Shown here: in pieces, positions 7,856-17,622 of the stretch
Numbering within the stretch: the stretch's first letter is position 1
Layout: every line of letters starts with the position of its first letter
Assembly (NCBI GenBank): GCA_045106015.1
Contig: JBGCEE010000032.1
Location: 1,668 to 65,667, forward strand
Length of the DNA stretch: 64,000 bases
Direction: 5' to 3'
Source: Akkermansiaceae bacterium
GTDB lineage: Bacteria; Verrucomicrobiota; Verrucomicrobiia; Verrucomicrobiales; Akkermansiaceae
Translations under genes and position numbers: made by a program
The notes under the pieces: generated by a model
Seen by the model: the letters and a program-made list of their open reading frames with translations, nothing else
Told to the model about the DNA's origin: nothing
Database searches by the model: none

Positions 7856-9766
7856 ATGTTTCAGAAACTCATTCCAAACTCTCTGGCTTTTCTATGTCTT
7901 ATTGGCGCTCCGGCAAGTGCCGGGGGATACAGTGAGATAGGCCAACGAACTGGCGCGAGTCTAGTCGATGGGGTAGCGGTTACGGAAGGGGTGATCCGCG
8001 TCCGCCGCCGACATGAGAACGACATGGATTTTTCTAAATTCAATCCCTTCTATTGGGAGGGGAGACGTGCTTGGTTCAAAGTAGAAGACCATACTTCGCG
8101 TGGAGAAAAGCGAATGGTGTTCACCTTGAGGACCGAATGGCCTCAGGACTTCACTCCCTACCGTGGATCAGATTTTTCTGCGATTTACTTAGGTGATCCG
8201 TTGGCTGACGAAACTTTACGCAGTAAGTTTGCGATCAATGTGCGAATGAAGCACGTAGAGGGATTCACACATTTCGAGGCTGAGCTTGATGAGACCGCTT
8301 TTCATCAGCATCCCGAGGCCCTCCAAAAAGGTAAATTACTGACCTTTGAGTTTCGCTTCTTCAACAACGAGGCACACCCAGGCTGGGCGAAACAGAAAAA
8401 GCGAAACCCGCACAATCTCTCCGCCTACTATTCTGAATTTTTCCGGATCAAAATCGGTGAGCCGGGACTCTACATCGACAATTTCAGTGAGGCGAACGAG
8501 TTTCCCTCCGCCAAACGATATGCGGGTGGTTGGACGACCATCCCAACGGTTCGTGTTGAGCCTTGGACCGCCTTACAGCAAAACGCATTTAATCTCAAAC
8601 CAGCGCACAACTTGGGCTTTCTTGAAGGGCGAACATGGTTCCATACCGATATGGTCAGCGGCAAACACATCAGTAACCCTTCTGATGACAAGCCTTCGGT
8701 TTTTTTCGAAGAGATGGAGAAAGCACGCCGCGGACTTGCCAGCGATACTTACAACGCCCGCTCGTGCATCGAATGTCATGTGCATAACGGGGGTGCGATT
8801 CTGCCCCCGCTTGGTGAACCGATTCACACCACGATTCTGCGCACGACGGATCCGGACTCGCCACATGGCGCCCAAATACAGACAGCAGGTGCGGGAGCCG
8901 AGGGCACGGTTACCATTGGTCGTTACGAAACTCGGAAAGTTGAGTTAGCGGACGGCACGGTCGTAGAGCTTTCCAAACCCATCTTTTACCTCGATGGCAA
9001 GCCCTCGGACGCGATCTCTCCAAGAACACCCCCTGCGATCATCGGCGCGGGCCTGCTGAGTGCCGTAACGGATGAAACTATTCTCGACCTCGCAAAGTCT
9101 TCCTCGGGAGAGCCGCGACTTATCGGAGGTAAGGTTGGGCGCTTTGGCTGGAAAGCAGATCAGCCTACGGTTTATTCACAGATACAAAGCGCGTTGCGGG
9201 AAGATATGGGGGTCAAAGAGCCAGGGTTTGAAAGTCTTGATAGGATTGAAGCCTACGTTTCCCTACTGGGCGTCCCACCACGTACAAACCCAGAAGCCCC
9301 GGAAGTATTGGCAGGTGAACGAGTTTTTCTGAGTTTAAGTTGCAACCAATGCCACACTCCGACCTTGCGGACGGGGGAGTCGAAGTTTCCAGAAATCAGC
9401 CACCAAACGATTCATCCTTTCACGGATCTTTTGTTGCACGATATGGGAGAAGGTTTGAGCGACGATCGTGGTGGGGCACTGGCTTCGAAGTGGCGGACCG
9501 CTCCACTTTGGGCACTGAAAAATAAACGCCATGCGATTCATGACCACGTTGGAACATTTCGTCCCGGCGATACCAAGGTCACCTACGTCGATACGCATTT
9601 AGAAGCTGATAAGAATCCGCTTCAGCTTCTTCATGATGGCCGAGCTCGCAGTATTGCTGAAGCTATCCTCTGGCACGGTGGTGAAGCCGAAGATTCGGTC
9701 AAGGCTTACAAGGCTTTGCCTAAGGCCGATCGCGAAGCTTTGGAGAAGTATCTATTAGATCTTTAG
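7856..9766 (+). CDS. Di-heme oxidoreductase family (DUF1111) protein with N-terminal extension
   Basis: Two CxxCH heme motifs (CIECH, CNQCH). GRFGWKA, HPFTDLLLHDMGEGL, WRTAPLW, LLHDGRARSIAEAILWHGGEA. Signal peptide present. Confidence 0.9.
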   Translation: MFQKLIPNSLAFLCLIGAPASAGGYSEIGQRTGASLVDGVAVTEGVIRVRRRHENDMDFSKFNPFYWEGRRAWFKVEDHTSRGEKRMVFTLRTEWPQDFTPYRGSDFSAIYLGDPLADETLRSKFAINVRMKHVEGFTHFEAELDETAFHQHPEALQKGKLLTFEFRFFNNEAHPGWAKQKKRNPHNLSAYYSEFFRIKIGEPGLYIDNFSEANEFPSAKRYAGGWTTIPTVRVEPWTALQQNAFNLKPAHNLGFLEGRTWFHTDMVSGKHISNPSDDKPSVFFEEMEKARRGLASDTYNARSCIECHVHNGGAILPPLGEPIHTTILRTTDPDSPHGAQIQTAGAGAEGTVTIGRYETRKVELADGTVVELSKPIFYLDGKPSDAISPRTPPAIIGAGLLSAVTDETILDLAKSSSGEPRLIGGKVGRFGWKADQPTVYSQIQSALREDMGVKEPGFESLDRIEAYVSLLGVPPRTNPEAPEVLAGERVFLSLSCNQCHTPTLRTGESKFPEISHQTIHPFTDLLLHDMGEGLSDDRGGALASKWRTAPLWALKNKRHAIHDHVGTFRPGDTKVTYVDTHLEADKNPLQLLHDGRARSIAEAILWHGGEAEDSVKAYKALPKADREALEKYLLDL

Positions 9767-9797
9767 TAGATACCTTGCGAAGAAGGTTCTGGATCGA

Positions 9798-9950
9798 ATG
9801 GCTCAGGAATACTTTGGGGATGAAAGACGAATGGGAAAGAAGGAGGTATCTCCTGAGATTCAAGAGTTGTTCGAGCAAGTGCCCAAGCTTTTCGTCACAA
9901 AGAAGGTAGATCCTGCCGCCGGCATCGAGCCGAAGCCTGAGCATAAGTGA
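9798..9950 (+). pseudogene. Possible small ORF or C-terminal gene remnant (50 aa)
   Basis: MAQEYFGDERRMGKKEVSPEIQELFEQVPKLFVTKKVDPAAGIEPKPEHK*. The frame is also open upstream to 9759 without a start. Confidence 0.3.
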
Positions 9951-10005
9951 TCGCTGCTTTTCAGACTTCATTCCTTTTGCATCTGTGTTACGAACTAGAT
10001 GCAGA

Positions 10006-10992
10006 ATGATCAGACTTATTATTTCTTCATGGCTTGTCGCCTTTGTATCGCTTGGTTTCAATATTTCGGCTGAAGAGGCTGACTCGAGCCATGGCCTTGT
10101 CGGACTTCGGCCGTTGCCTCGCAGTGCGAAGCTGGATCACGGGCACAATCATGGTGGTTCTTGGGCCGGGACTCCCACCTATGAGGAGCAGAAAGGGAAG
10201 TATCCGTTCGTTGCTCAGAATCTTGATACCGTCAAAGGTTGGCTCGATGGCGATTTCAAAACCAAGCGGGTCTTTTTTGAGCATTATTGGGGTCTGAGTG
10301 AAGGACGTGATGATCTCGATCCCAAAAAGAATCTGCTAATCAAAAGCATACGTAACTGGGAGGCAAAGGGTGGAATCGTAGAACACATCCTCATCTGCCG
10401 AGAATACGACCTTGCGATTCAGCGAGGACACAAAGACGCCAAGCCAGGGCCTTTCAAGGAAGATACGCGTATTCTATTTGCGGAAGACTACGAGAGCATA
10501 CGCACAATGTTCACAGAGGCTCACAAACAAAATCTAACCAAGCACCCGAATTACAAATTGATCCAGATGGTGCAGGAGCCATCTTTTTTTGCCAAAGACA
10601 AGCGGTTCCTTCCGATCATGGAGAAGTGTGATGGGATCGCCTACGAGTGCCACCAGTTCAATCGTCACTGGCCCTTGGAAACGGGTTGGGGGAAACCTGA
10701 GAAGGTCATTGAAGGAGCCAAGTGGACACTGGATCAAGGCAAGGAATACATCTTTTATTACGGCCCGATACGATGGAAGGGGAAAGTCTACTACGAGTTT
10801 TTGGAGCGTGACTGGCTGCAGAAATTCTGGAAGGCAGGTCTCCCGAAACATCATGCGAATATGCATTACTATTTGAATACGTTTCCGCATGGAGACGGTA
10901 GAGGTCGCCCAGTTGGACCTGAGACGGATCCGCACTCCACCTTGGGTTTTACGAAGTGGCTTATTGAGGAAATAAAGACGGGTGCTGAGTAG
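10006..10992 (+). CDS. Hypothetical secreted protein
   Basis: Signal peptide then about 300 aa of soluble, aromatic-rich sequence. No family recognised with confidence. Confidence 0.75.
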   Translation: MIRLIISSWLVAFVSLGFNISAEEADSSHGLVGLRPLPRSAKLDHGHNHGGSWAGTPTYEEQKGKYPFVAQNLDTVKGWLDGDFKTKRVFFEHYWGLSEGRDDLDPKKNLLIKSIRNWEAKGGIVEHILICREYDLAIQRGHKDAKPGPFKEDTRILFAEDYESIRTMFTEAHKQNLTKHPNYKLIQMVQEPSFFAKDKRFLPIMEKCDGIAYECHQFNRHWPLETGWGKPEKVIEGAKWTLDQGKEYIFYYGPIRWKGKVYYEFLERDWLQKFWKAGLPKHHANMHYYLNTFPHGDGRGRPVGPETDPHSTLGFTKWLIEEIKTGAE

Positions 10993-11023
10993 GGAAGGTA
11001 TCTGAACTTTTCATCACCTCGTC

Positions 11024-11434
11024 ATGCAGCGTAACCGACTCTTATATCTTGTTCTAACAATCGTCGTGATCGTTGCTGGGCTTTTATCTCGGTCTAGCTG
11101 GTTCGAAATTGCTCCAGACTTTCTCGTCAGCTTTGCGGGTGACACACTCTGGGCACTGATGGTTTTTCTGGGCTTGGGGCTGGTTTTTCGAACCCTACCT
11201 ACAACAGCTGTGGCTGTGATGGCGCTTGCTTTTGCATTCACGATAGAAGTCAGCCAGTTGTATCAAGATGATTGGATCAATCGGATTCGCGCGACTCGTC
11301 TAGGAGCTTTGGTCTTGGGATCGGGGTTCCTATGGTCGGATCTAGTTTGCTACACGGTTGGGGTTTTGGTGGGTGCTTTGGGAGAGCTCTTTTGGAAACG
11401 AAAGGTGATGAAACATGGGTTGAATCATGATTAG
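11024..11434 (+). CDS. DUF2809 family membrane protein
   Basis: AGDTLWALMVF, IEVSQLYQ..WI..IRAT.LG.LVLGSGFLWSDLVCY.VG pattern. Confidence 0.88.
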   Translation: MQRNRLLYLVLTIVVIVAGLLSRSSWFEIAPDFLVSFAGDTLWALMVFLGLGLVFRTLPTTAVAVMALAFAFTIEVSQLYQDDWINRIRATRLGALVLGSGFLWSDLVCYTVGVLVGALGELFWKRKVMKHGLNHD

Positions 11435-11495
11435 TCGGCTTTGCGCTTCAAAGTTTACGAAATGAGCACTGAATTCATTGATCATAGCAACCGAC

Positions 11496-11831
11496 ATGGT
11501 TGATCCTTCCGAAGTCCTGACGCGGCTACCTGTCTGGGAGGCTTTATCCGATTTCTTTTTGGATACCGAGCTGGAAGAAAGAGACTATTTGCGTATTTCC
11601 GAAGTCCTCGTTGCATCGCCTTACTCTGTTGATGAGATCGAAGACATTCTGCGGTGTGAGGTTTACCCAGTGTTGATATGGAATTTAAGAACCGTCGCAG
11701 GAGAGTGGTCGGGTTTTGACTCTGGCTGGCTGAGGGAGCAGATCGAGCCGAGGATGAACGAACGGCCAAAGTTTCGCTGGCCGCTTCTTCAGTGGAATAT
11801 GGTTCGGAATCATTGGGATCGTGTGTCGTAG
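11496..11831 (+). CDS. Conserved hypothetical protein (DUF7079-like)
   Basis: RLPVWEALSDFFLDTEL...SPYS.DEIE.IL..EVYP.L.WNL..VAGEW.GFD pattern. Confidence 0.7.
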   Translation: MVDPSEVLTRLPVWEALSDFFLDTELEERDYLRISEVLVASPYSVDEIEDILRCEVYPVLIWNLRTVAGEWSGFDSGWLREQIEPRMNERPKFRWPLLQWNMVRNHWDRVS

Positions 11832-11964
11832 TTGGTTCGAAAGTATCGTGACCATGACTCCATCGAGAAATCTTGAGGTATCACTCGAATGGTTGTTGAC
11901 TGTGTTTTGAGATAGCTTGTCGCTGAAGGGAGATCATCTCCTTTGGCTCGGCTCAAAAGAAGAT

Positions 11965-12984
11965 ATGATGAAAAGAATGAACGTAGTGGTCTGCGCATTT
12001 TTGGTGATGCTGACAGTATTAGGTTTCTCCCATGCTGAAGAACTCGTGAAGAAGGAGGATCCTTGGCTTTCTTGGCATCGGCCAGCTGACAACAATGCTT
12101 TCATCACAACAATGGGGAACAACCATGACTCGATCCTCTTTGTTGAACCGGAACTCGAATATCCTTACCACTTGATCATCAGTCACACGCCGGAGGCGGC
12201 GCATCTTTGGAGAGCGAAGAAGTTCTCATGGAAAGGTGCCGACTGGGAGCTTGTTTCCGATCAATATAAGATCGCCAAGCACTATGAATACGACGATGGA
12301 GTAAAGGTCGATGGGACCTATTATATTTATGAAGCGGGAAAGGTGTATACCTTTTCAGGTCCGCTTGAAGAGGCCAGCGGTAAGTGGAAGGTGGCTGGAA
12401 GTTTTCCAAAAAAACAATGCGATGACATCGGGATCTACTACGAAGATGGGTTGTTCCACATGTTTGGTGAGCACGGTAATTTTCCACACGGACCCGATGG
12501 GACCAGCTTGGCCCATTTTACTTCGAAAACCGGGTTGGGTGATTGGAAGCTGGTAAATGCCAAGGCCGTCGATCCGAATCCTGATGGAGGGAACAAGTAC
12601 GGCGTAGGCGATGCTACGATCGAAAAGATCGAGGGGAAATACTACATCTTTTGCGATCGCGAATCGAAGGGTAACCCCTACAAGGTCACCGCATGGCGAT
12701 CGGATGATTTGACCAAACCATTTGAGTATCTGGGAAAGGCGATCACACCGCGCTCAGATGAAACGGATGACTGGGACAATCACCGGATCCAAGATGCCGA
12801 TATTGCCTTTAGCCCCGAACTCGGGCGCTACGTCATGACGTGCAACATGATGGATACCGACGGAAATCCAGGCGGTAACTTCCCAACCATGAAAAAGAAT
12901 CAAACTCGGGTAATTGGAATTTTCTATTCGGATAAGAAACTAGAATTGAAAAACGATTCGCCGCCATTCCTCCAATCTAACTGA
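11965..12984 (+). CDS. Secreted five-bladed beta-propeller glycoside hydrolase-like protein (GH43/GH32-like fold)
   Basis: Signal peptide. Repeated blade motifs DDGVKVDGTYYIY, DDIGIYYEDGLFHMF, GDATIEKIEGKYYIF and QDADIAFSPELGRYVM. Confidence 0.7.
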   Translation: MMKRMNVVVCAFLVMLTVLGFSHAEELVKKEDPWLSWHRPADNNAFITTMGNNHDSILFVEPELEYPYHLIISHTPEAAHLWRAKKFSWKGADWELVSDQYKIAKHYEYDDGVKVDGTYYIYEAGKVYTFSGPLEEASGKWKVAGSFPKKQCDDIGIYYEDGLFHMFGEHGNFPHGPDGTSLAHFTSKTGLGDWKLVNAKAVDPNPDGGNKYGVGDATIEKIEGKYYIFCDRESKGNPYKVTAWRSDDLTKPFEYLGKAITPRSDETDDWDNHRIQDADIAFSPELGRYVMTCNMMDTDGNPGGNFPTMKKNQTRVIGIFYSDKKLELKNDSPPFLQSN

Positions 12985-13012
12985 CGGAATGGTATGATTA
13001 GCGGAGGAATTC

Positions 13013-13102
13013 ATGGGAATACGCGCCAAAATAGGAATCGACTTTTTGTTTACTACGCCTTGCTTAGATCGATATGACTTCGTAAAGCAGTGGTATAAAT
13101 GA
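13013..13102 (+). CDS. Candidate 29-aa small ORF coupled to the methyltransferase
   Basis: GGAGG at 13003-13007, ATG at 13013, MGIRAKIGIDFLFTTPCLDRYDFVKQWYK. Its TGA overlaps the next ATG (ATGA at 13099-13102). Confidence 0.3.
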   Translation: MGIRAKIGIDFLFTTPCLDRYDFVKQWYK

Positions 13103-13710
13103 CCCCTGAAGAAACAGCCAAAAGTTATGATACTCTTGCGGATCACTGGAACGGGAAGGACTTTCATCGTGAGAACGGGATGGATCAGCATCTGAGGGCG
13201 ATTCGATTCTCCGGAAGATCGGGATGTGCTATTGATATTGGCTGCGGCAGTAGTGGCAGGATTATCGATCTTCTAACAGAAGTTGGATTTAAAACTGAAG
13301 GTCTGGATATTTCTGAGAAGATGCTAGAGCACGCGAAATCTCGGCATCCGGAAGTTGTGTTTCATCATGCGGATATCGTGACGTGGAATTTCCCAAGGAA
13401 GTACGATTTCATCTCGGCATGGGACAGCGTTTGGCATGTGCCGCTGGAAGACCAAGAAGCGGTGTTACGAAAGCTTTGTGAGAGCCTCTCAGAAAAGGGT
13501 GTATTGATTTTTTCTAGCGGAGGAGTTGATCAGTCTGAGGACGGGTCAAACCCGTTTCTTGGACAGCCTCTTTATCATGCAGCCTTGGGAATTCCGAAGC
13601 TTCTTGCATTGATTGCTGAGTGCGGATGCATTTGCCGACACTTGGAATACGACCAGGCTCACAAGGACGATATTGGTAGGCATCTGTATTTGATTGTCCA
13701 AAAAAGGTGA
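13099..13710 (+). CDS. Class I SAM-dependent methyltransferase
   Basis: Motif I AIDIGCGSSG, GLDISEKML, HADI, YDFISAWDSVWH. Confidence 0.92.
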   Translation: MTPEETAKSYDTLADHWNGKDFHRENGMDQHLRAIRFSGRSGCAIDIGCGSSGRIIDLLTEVGFKTEGLDISEKMLEHAKSRHPEVVFHHADIVTWNFPRKYDFISAWDSVWHVPLEDQEAVLRKLCESLSEKGVLIFSSGGVDQSEDGSNPFLGQPLYHAALGIPKLLALIAECGCICRHLEYDQAHKDDIGRHLYLIVQKR

Positions 13711-13718
13711 CCGATTGG

Positions 13719-14903
13719 TTAGAGCTTTATATCGATTTTTCCGGCTGCTTGGCGTGCTTTCTCTCGTGCTTCTTCGACGTTGGATGCGCGGGCTAAAGTC
13801 ACGGCCATTCGGCGTTTACCGGCAACTGCAGGTTTGCCAAAGAGGCGGAGTTGAGTGTCGGGTTCGCTAAGTGCTTGATCGAGATTTCCGAAGCGGATAT
13901 TTTCTGACTTTCCTTCAACGACGACAGCGCAGGATGCACTCGGCCCGTGAGTGTGAATGTTGGGAATCGGTAGTCCGAGAATGGCCCGCGCATGCAGGGC
14001 GAACTGGCTGAGGTCTTGGGAAATCATCGTGACCATTCCGGTATCGTGGGGACGTGGTGAGACTTCGGAAAAAATGACTTCATCGTCTTTCACGAACATT
14101 TCCACACCGAAAAGGCCGTAACCTCCAAGGTTCGCTGTGACGTCAGCTGCCATTTTTTTCGCGCTAGCGAGAGCCGCCTCGGTCATGGGGGCGGGTTGCC
14201 ATGATTCGCGGTAATCACCATCGACTTGGATGTGGCCTACGGGATCGCAGAAAGAAGTACCGCCCACGTGGCGAACGGTTAGCAAGGTGATTTCATAGTC
14301 GAATTCCACGAAGCCTTCGATGATCACTTTTCCCGCACCGGCTCTGCCACCTGCTTGTGCGTATTCCCATGCGGGTTGCACGTCTGCCGTTGCGCGAAGC
14401 GTGCTCTGGCCCTTTCCGGAAGATGACATGATGGGTTTCACAACGCATGGAAGGCCGATTTTTTCTATGGCGGCAGAGTATTCCTCAAAAGTCCCGGCAA
14501 AGGCATATGGTGATGTGCGGCATCCAAGCTCTTCAGCAGCCATACGCCGGATTCCTTCGCGGTTCATGGTGAGCTGAGTCGCTCGGGCAGTGGGGATGAT
14601 GGTTGCGATACCTTCCTGCTCTACGGCTGCCAAGGCGTCAGTTGCAATGGCTTCGACTTCGGGAACGACTAGGTCGGGTTTCTCAAGTTCAATCACGCGG
14701 CGCAGTGCTTCGCCATCGAGCATAGAGAAGACATGCGAGCGGTCAGCGACCTGCATGGCGGGAGCGTTCGGGTATGCATCGCAGGCAATGACTTCGACAC
14801 CGTAGCGCTGCAGTTCGATGACGACTTCCTTCCCGAGCTCGCCCGAGCCACAGAGCATTACTTTTTTTGCGGAAGAGGTGAACGGTGTGCCGATGGAGTT
14901 CAT
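13719..14903 (-). CDS. purT: Formate-dependent phosphoribosylglycinamide formyltransferase
   Basis: [55 protein letters not shown]...RRMAVTLA. Confidence 0.97.
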   Translation of the reverse strand: MNSIGTPFTSSAKKVMLCGSGELGKEVVIELQRYGVEVIACDAYPNAPAMQVADRSHVFSMLDGEALRRVIELEKPDLVVPEVEAIATDALAAVEQEGIATIIPTARATQLTMNREGIRRMAAEELGCRTSPYAFAGTFEEYSAAIEKIGLPCVVKPIMSSSGKGQSTLRATADVQPAWEYAQAGGRAGAGKVIIEGFVEFDYEITLLTVRHVGGTSFCDPVGHIQVDGDYRESWQPAPMTEAALASAKKMAADVTANLGGYGLFGVEMFVKDDEVIFSEVSPRPHDTGMVTMISQDLSQFALHARAILGLPIPNIHTHGPSASCAVVVEGKSENIRFGNLDQALSEPDTQLRLFGKPAVAGKRRMAVTLARASNVEEAREKARQAAGKIDIKL

Positions 14904-14964
14904 AATTTGAGAGATGAAAATTTCTGTGATTCGAGGGGTGTGGGGTCGATTTTCCTTACCGTTT

Positions 14965-15684
14965 TTATTCGGTTGGAAGGGGCTCTGCCATCTCTCGATA
15001 GCGCCAAGGAGAATAGCCGTTTGCTTTCAACCAGTCGATGCGGATGGAGCATTGTCTGGCTCGCCAAGTGGGGATGGGGCCTGATTCGAACCCCACTACA
15101 TAGTCCTTTCTCCGCTCCACGAACATCAGGGCATGGCCGGGCTTCAGGATGATGTCCGCCATTTTCAGTTCATCCCAGCTGACAGGATCACAGAGAGCGG
15201 GAAGGTCCTTGGTAGAAACATGCTCGGAGAGTTGCCAGCAGCGTGAGATAAACCCCGAGCAGTCAATTCCAACGCTCTCGTTACTAATGGCAGCATTGTC
15301 GTTTCGGACTTTGTAAGTGTTTGCGATATCGCCGGCTTTCTTCCCATTTGCGAGGCCATCGAGAAAACTTTCAGGAGTGTCGAAGCCACCCCATTTGTAT
15401 GCCATTCCTTTCGCGGTCCGGCCAGGTTTCCACCAGCCGCGCTTATCACCGTGTTCTGCCAGAGTGGTATCTGGCGTTTGGACGGGAATCCCATTACTAT
15501 CTTTTCCGTGACGGATGTGACGCTCTTCAGGCATCCATTCCAAGTTTGCGTAAGAAATGGCAATTCTAACGGCCTCTTCGGGAGTGGGCTTGAAGGCACA
15601 AGAGCCAAGGAGGAGAGCGAGTGTGCTTGTGGCAAGGAAGCCGATTATTGAATGCCGCGCAGAGCCTTTTGGTTGTCGATCCAT
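14965..15684 (-). CDS. NlpC/P60-like (papain-fold) lipoprotein, putative peptidoglycan hydrolase
   Basis: Lipobox [23 protein letters not shown] (catalytic Cys) and KPGHALMF (His). Confidence 0.75.
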   Translation of the reverse strand: MDRQPKGSARHSIIGFLATSTLALLLGSCAFKPTPEEAVRIAISYANLEWMPEERHIRHGKDSNGIPVQTPDTTLAEHGDKRGWWKPGRTAKGMAYKWGGFDTPESFLDGLANGKKAGDIANTYKVRNDNAAISNESVGIDCSGFISRCWQLSEHVSTKDLPALCDPVSWDELKMADIILKPGHALMFVERRKDYVVGFESGPIPTWRARQCSIRIDWLKANGYSPWRYREMAEPLPTE

Positions 15685-16559
15685 TTTCTATCGTTCTTTG
15701 AAAGTTTTGATTCGTTAGTGCGAAATCTTTCGCCACCCGGCTCGATCAAGACCATGTTGCCATTTGAATAGGAAACGAGTTTCGCGAATACTTTCCGGCC
15801 GGTCTTGCCTTTCCATTCACGATAGCCCTTGGCCTCGAGGCCTTTTCTCCATGAATCGTATTGCTGATCGGAAGCGACTTTGGCTTGCTTGAGCAAACCC
15901 CATGTGAAGTCGGCCTCACCGCGCTTGTAACCGGTATCCTTCCAGAGTACCTCGCCACTTGGGTTCAGCATCAATAAGGTTGGATGACCTAGAACACGAT
16001 AGCGCTTTTTCATACGTTTCACGTAGTTTTTCACCAAGGTTTGGCGATGGACTTTATCGTCGAGAGAGAGGTCCTTATCGTCGATATTGATATTCGAATC
16101 CACACGAAGCATAACGATATTTTTGGTGGCCCAGCTTCCAAAATCATTGGTCGAGAAAAGTTCTGCGGAGAGTGCGCGGCACATGGGGCTACTGGCAGAA
16201 TTTGTGAACCAAATGAGAATGGGTTTACCTTCACGTGCGGCGGTTTGCCGAGCAATGGTTTCACTTTCCTCCCAAGGCCCTTTTTTCGGTGCGGCCATCA
16301 AGCTTTCCAGTTCGGGGATCCCTGCGTCAGGATTGTCTGGATCGGTGAAAATAATGTCTTCCTGGGGGGTGATATTGATTGGGAGTGGTCTTGCGTTGCC
16401 GCCTGGCGTGACAGGAGTTCCGCCGCTATTACCTCTTAGTTGAGGAGGAATCCCTGTGGGTCCGAATGGTTTGGGTTCCTCTTCATCAGAGGTCCCAGCG
16501 CACCCAACGAGCAAAGTGCTCGCGGCATAAATGCACCATTTTACCATGGACGTGTTCAT
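15645..16559 (-). CDS. Thioredoxin-fold lipoprotein with C-terminal SHD1 domain
   Basis: Lipobox LLVGC. Thioredoxin-like AAREGKPILIWFT..ASSPMC with SxxC instead of CxxC. SHD1-like REWKGKTGRKVFAKLV...LSKNDRKWI. Confidence 0.8.
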   Translation of the reverse strand: MNTSMVKWCIYAASTLLVGCAGTSDEEEPKPFGPTGIPPQLRGNSGGTPVTPGGNARPLPINITPQEDIIFTDPDNPDAGIPELESLMAAPKKGPWEESETIARQTAAREGKPILIWFTNSASSPMCRALSAELFSTNDFGSWATKNIVMLRVDSNINIDDKDLSLDDKVHRQTLVKNYVKRMKKRYRVLGHPTLLMLNPSGEVLWKDTGYKRGEADFTWGLLKQAKVASDQQYDSWRKGLEAKGYREWKGKTGRKVFAKLVSYSNGNMVLIEPGGERFRTNESKLSKNDRKWIDNQKALRGIQ

Positions 16560-16562
16560 GGC

Positions 16563-17618
16563 CTATTTTCTCAGACGGACGGGCGTGCCGCAAGCAAGAC
16601 AGCGAAACCAGTTGAAGACTAAAAGGTGCAAGCAAAGAGGAACAATGAAGCCAAATCCCGGGATACGGTGGGATTTGATATGTTTTCTTGCCACGCTGCG
16701 GATGAACAATTTCTGAGTACAGATGCGGCATTTGCAGGAGGATCCGAGCAGAAAATAGATGAAGGCGATGACAGGTAAGGCGAGAGGAAAAACGATGACC
16801 CATGCAGGAACCCATCCGAATGTTTCCGGATTTTCTCCAGAAAGCAGGAGCAAAAATGCGGCAGCGATGGCGAGCGGAATATTCAATATCAGAATGAGTG
16901 TGAAGAGCGCCCCGAACCGCAGTCGCCATGGATGGGTATGCAAGACCCCGCGAACATACCGTCGAGACTCGGGGTTTTTCCCGCGATTTGTCTTTTCAAG
17001 AGGTGCGCGGATGAGGCCAACCCTGTCAGTTTCACTGGAATCTTTGGATTTCGGAGTTTTACGTTTTTTGGCGTTTGGATCTGGAATGAGTGCTTTCAGC
17101 TGAGAACCATCAAAATCGGCGGGATCATCACGTGTCATCAGGCGTTCCGAATGGCCCGAATCACGACGTTCTGGAAGGTCAGCTTTTAGTCGATCCGAAC
17201 CGTCCACCCGGACGTCTAGTTTTCCAGCGTATCGATTCAGTAAAACTCCCTCGGGAACATCGCTGACTTTAAGCTTTTTTTCGACCATCACCTTGCCAGG
17301 CAGCGGTATGGCAGCGGGCGAGGAAATTAAGAGTTCAGCGACATCTTCATTGTCCTCGTAATTGACGGGACCTCTTGCTTTCGGCAATACGGTTGGTTCC
17401 GCTTCTGCAAGTTCCTTGGCCTTTTCGATCCATCGTTCCAATGAGGATTTTGAAGGGGCCTTACCGTCGATCTCTAATGTTTTAATGGCCTTTTTGATCT
17501 CGCTGATAAGAAAGTCTGGATCCTGCTGAGAGAGAAGTTCTGCATCCCTCACACCAGCGACCGCGAGCAGCTCCAGTGAAGCGTCTCCAATACCAGGAAT
17601 CTCTTTCAGGTTGGCCAT
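16563..17618 (-). CDS. DUF4332-like HhH domain protein with C-terminal membrane / Cys-rich module
   Basis: N-terminal LKEIPGIGDASLELLAVAGV...WIEKAK. Two TM helices near the C-terminus, then CKCRIC and CLAC. Confidence 0.75.
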   Translation of the reverse strand: MANLKEIPGIGDASLELLAVAGVRDAELLSQQDPDFLISEIKKAIKTLEIDGKAPSKSSLERWIEKAKELAEAEPTVLPKARGPVNYEDNEDVAELLISSPAAIPLPGKVMVEKKLKVSDVPEGVLLNRYAGKLDVRVDGSDRLKADLPERRDSGHSERLMTRDDPADFDGSQLKALIPDPNAKKRKTPKSKDSSETDRVGLIRAPLEKTNRGKNPESRRYVRGVLHTHPWRLRFGALFTLILILNIPLAIAAAFLLLLSGENPETFGWVPAWVIVFPLALPVIAFIYFLLGSSCKCRICTQKLFIRSVARKHIKSHRIPGFGFIVPLCLHLLVFNWFRCLACGTPVRLRK

Positions 17619-17622
17619 GGTC

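Noticed and set aside
1-13710. Integron-like cassette array (many unrelated co-oriented genes)
   Set aside because: No repeated attC-like RYYYAAC...GTTRRRY structures between genes and no integrase. The one ATCTAAC at about 12975-12981 has no matching GTTRRRY at attC distance.
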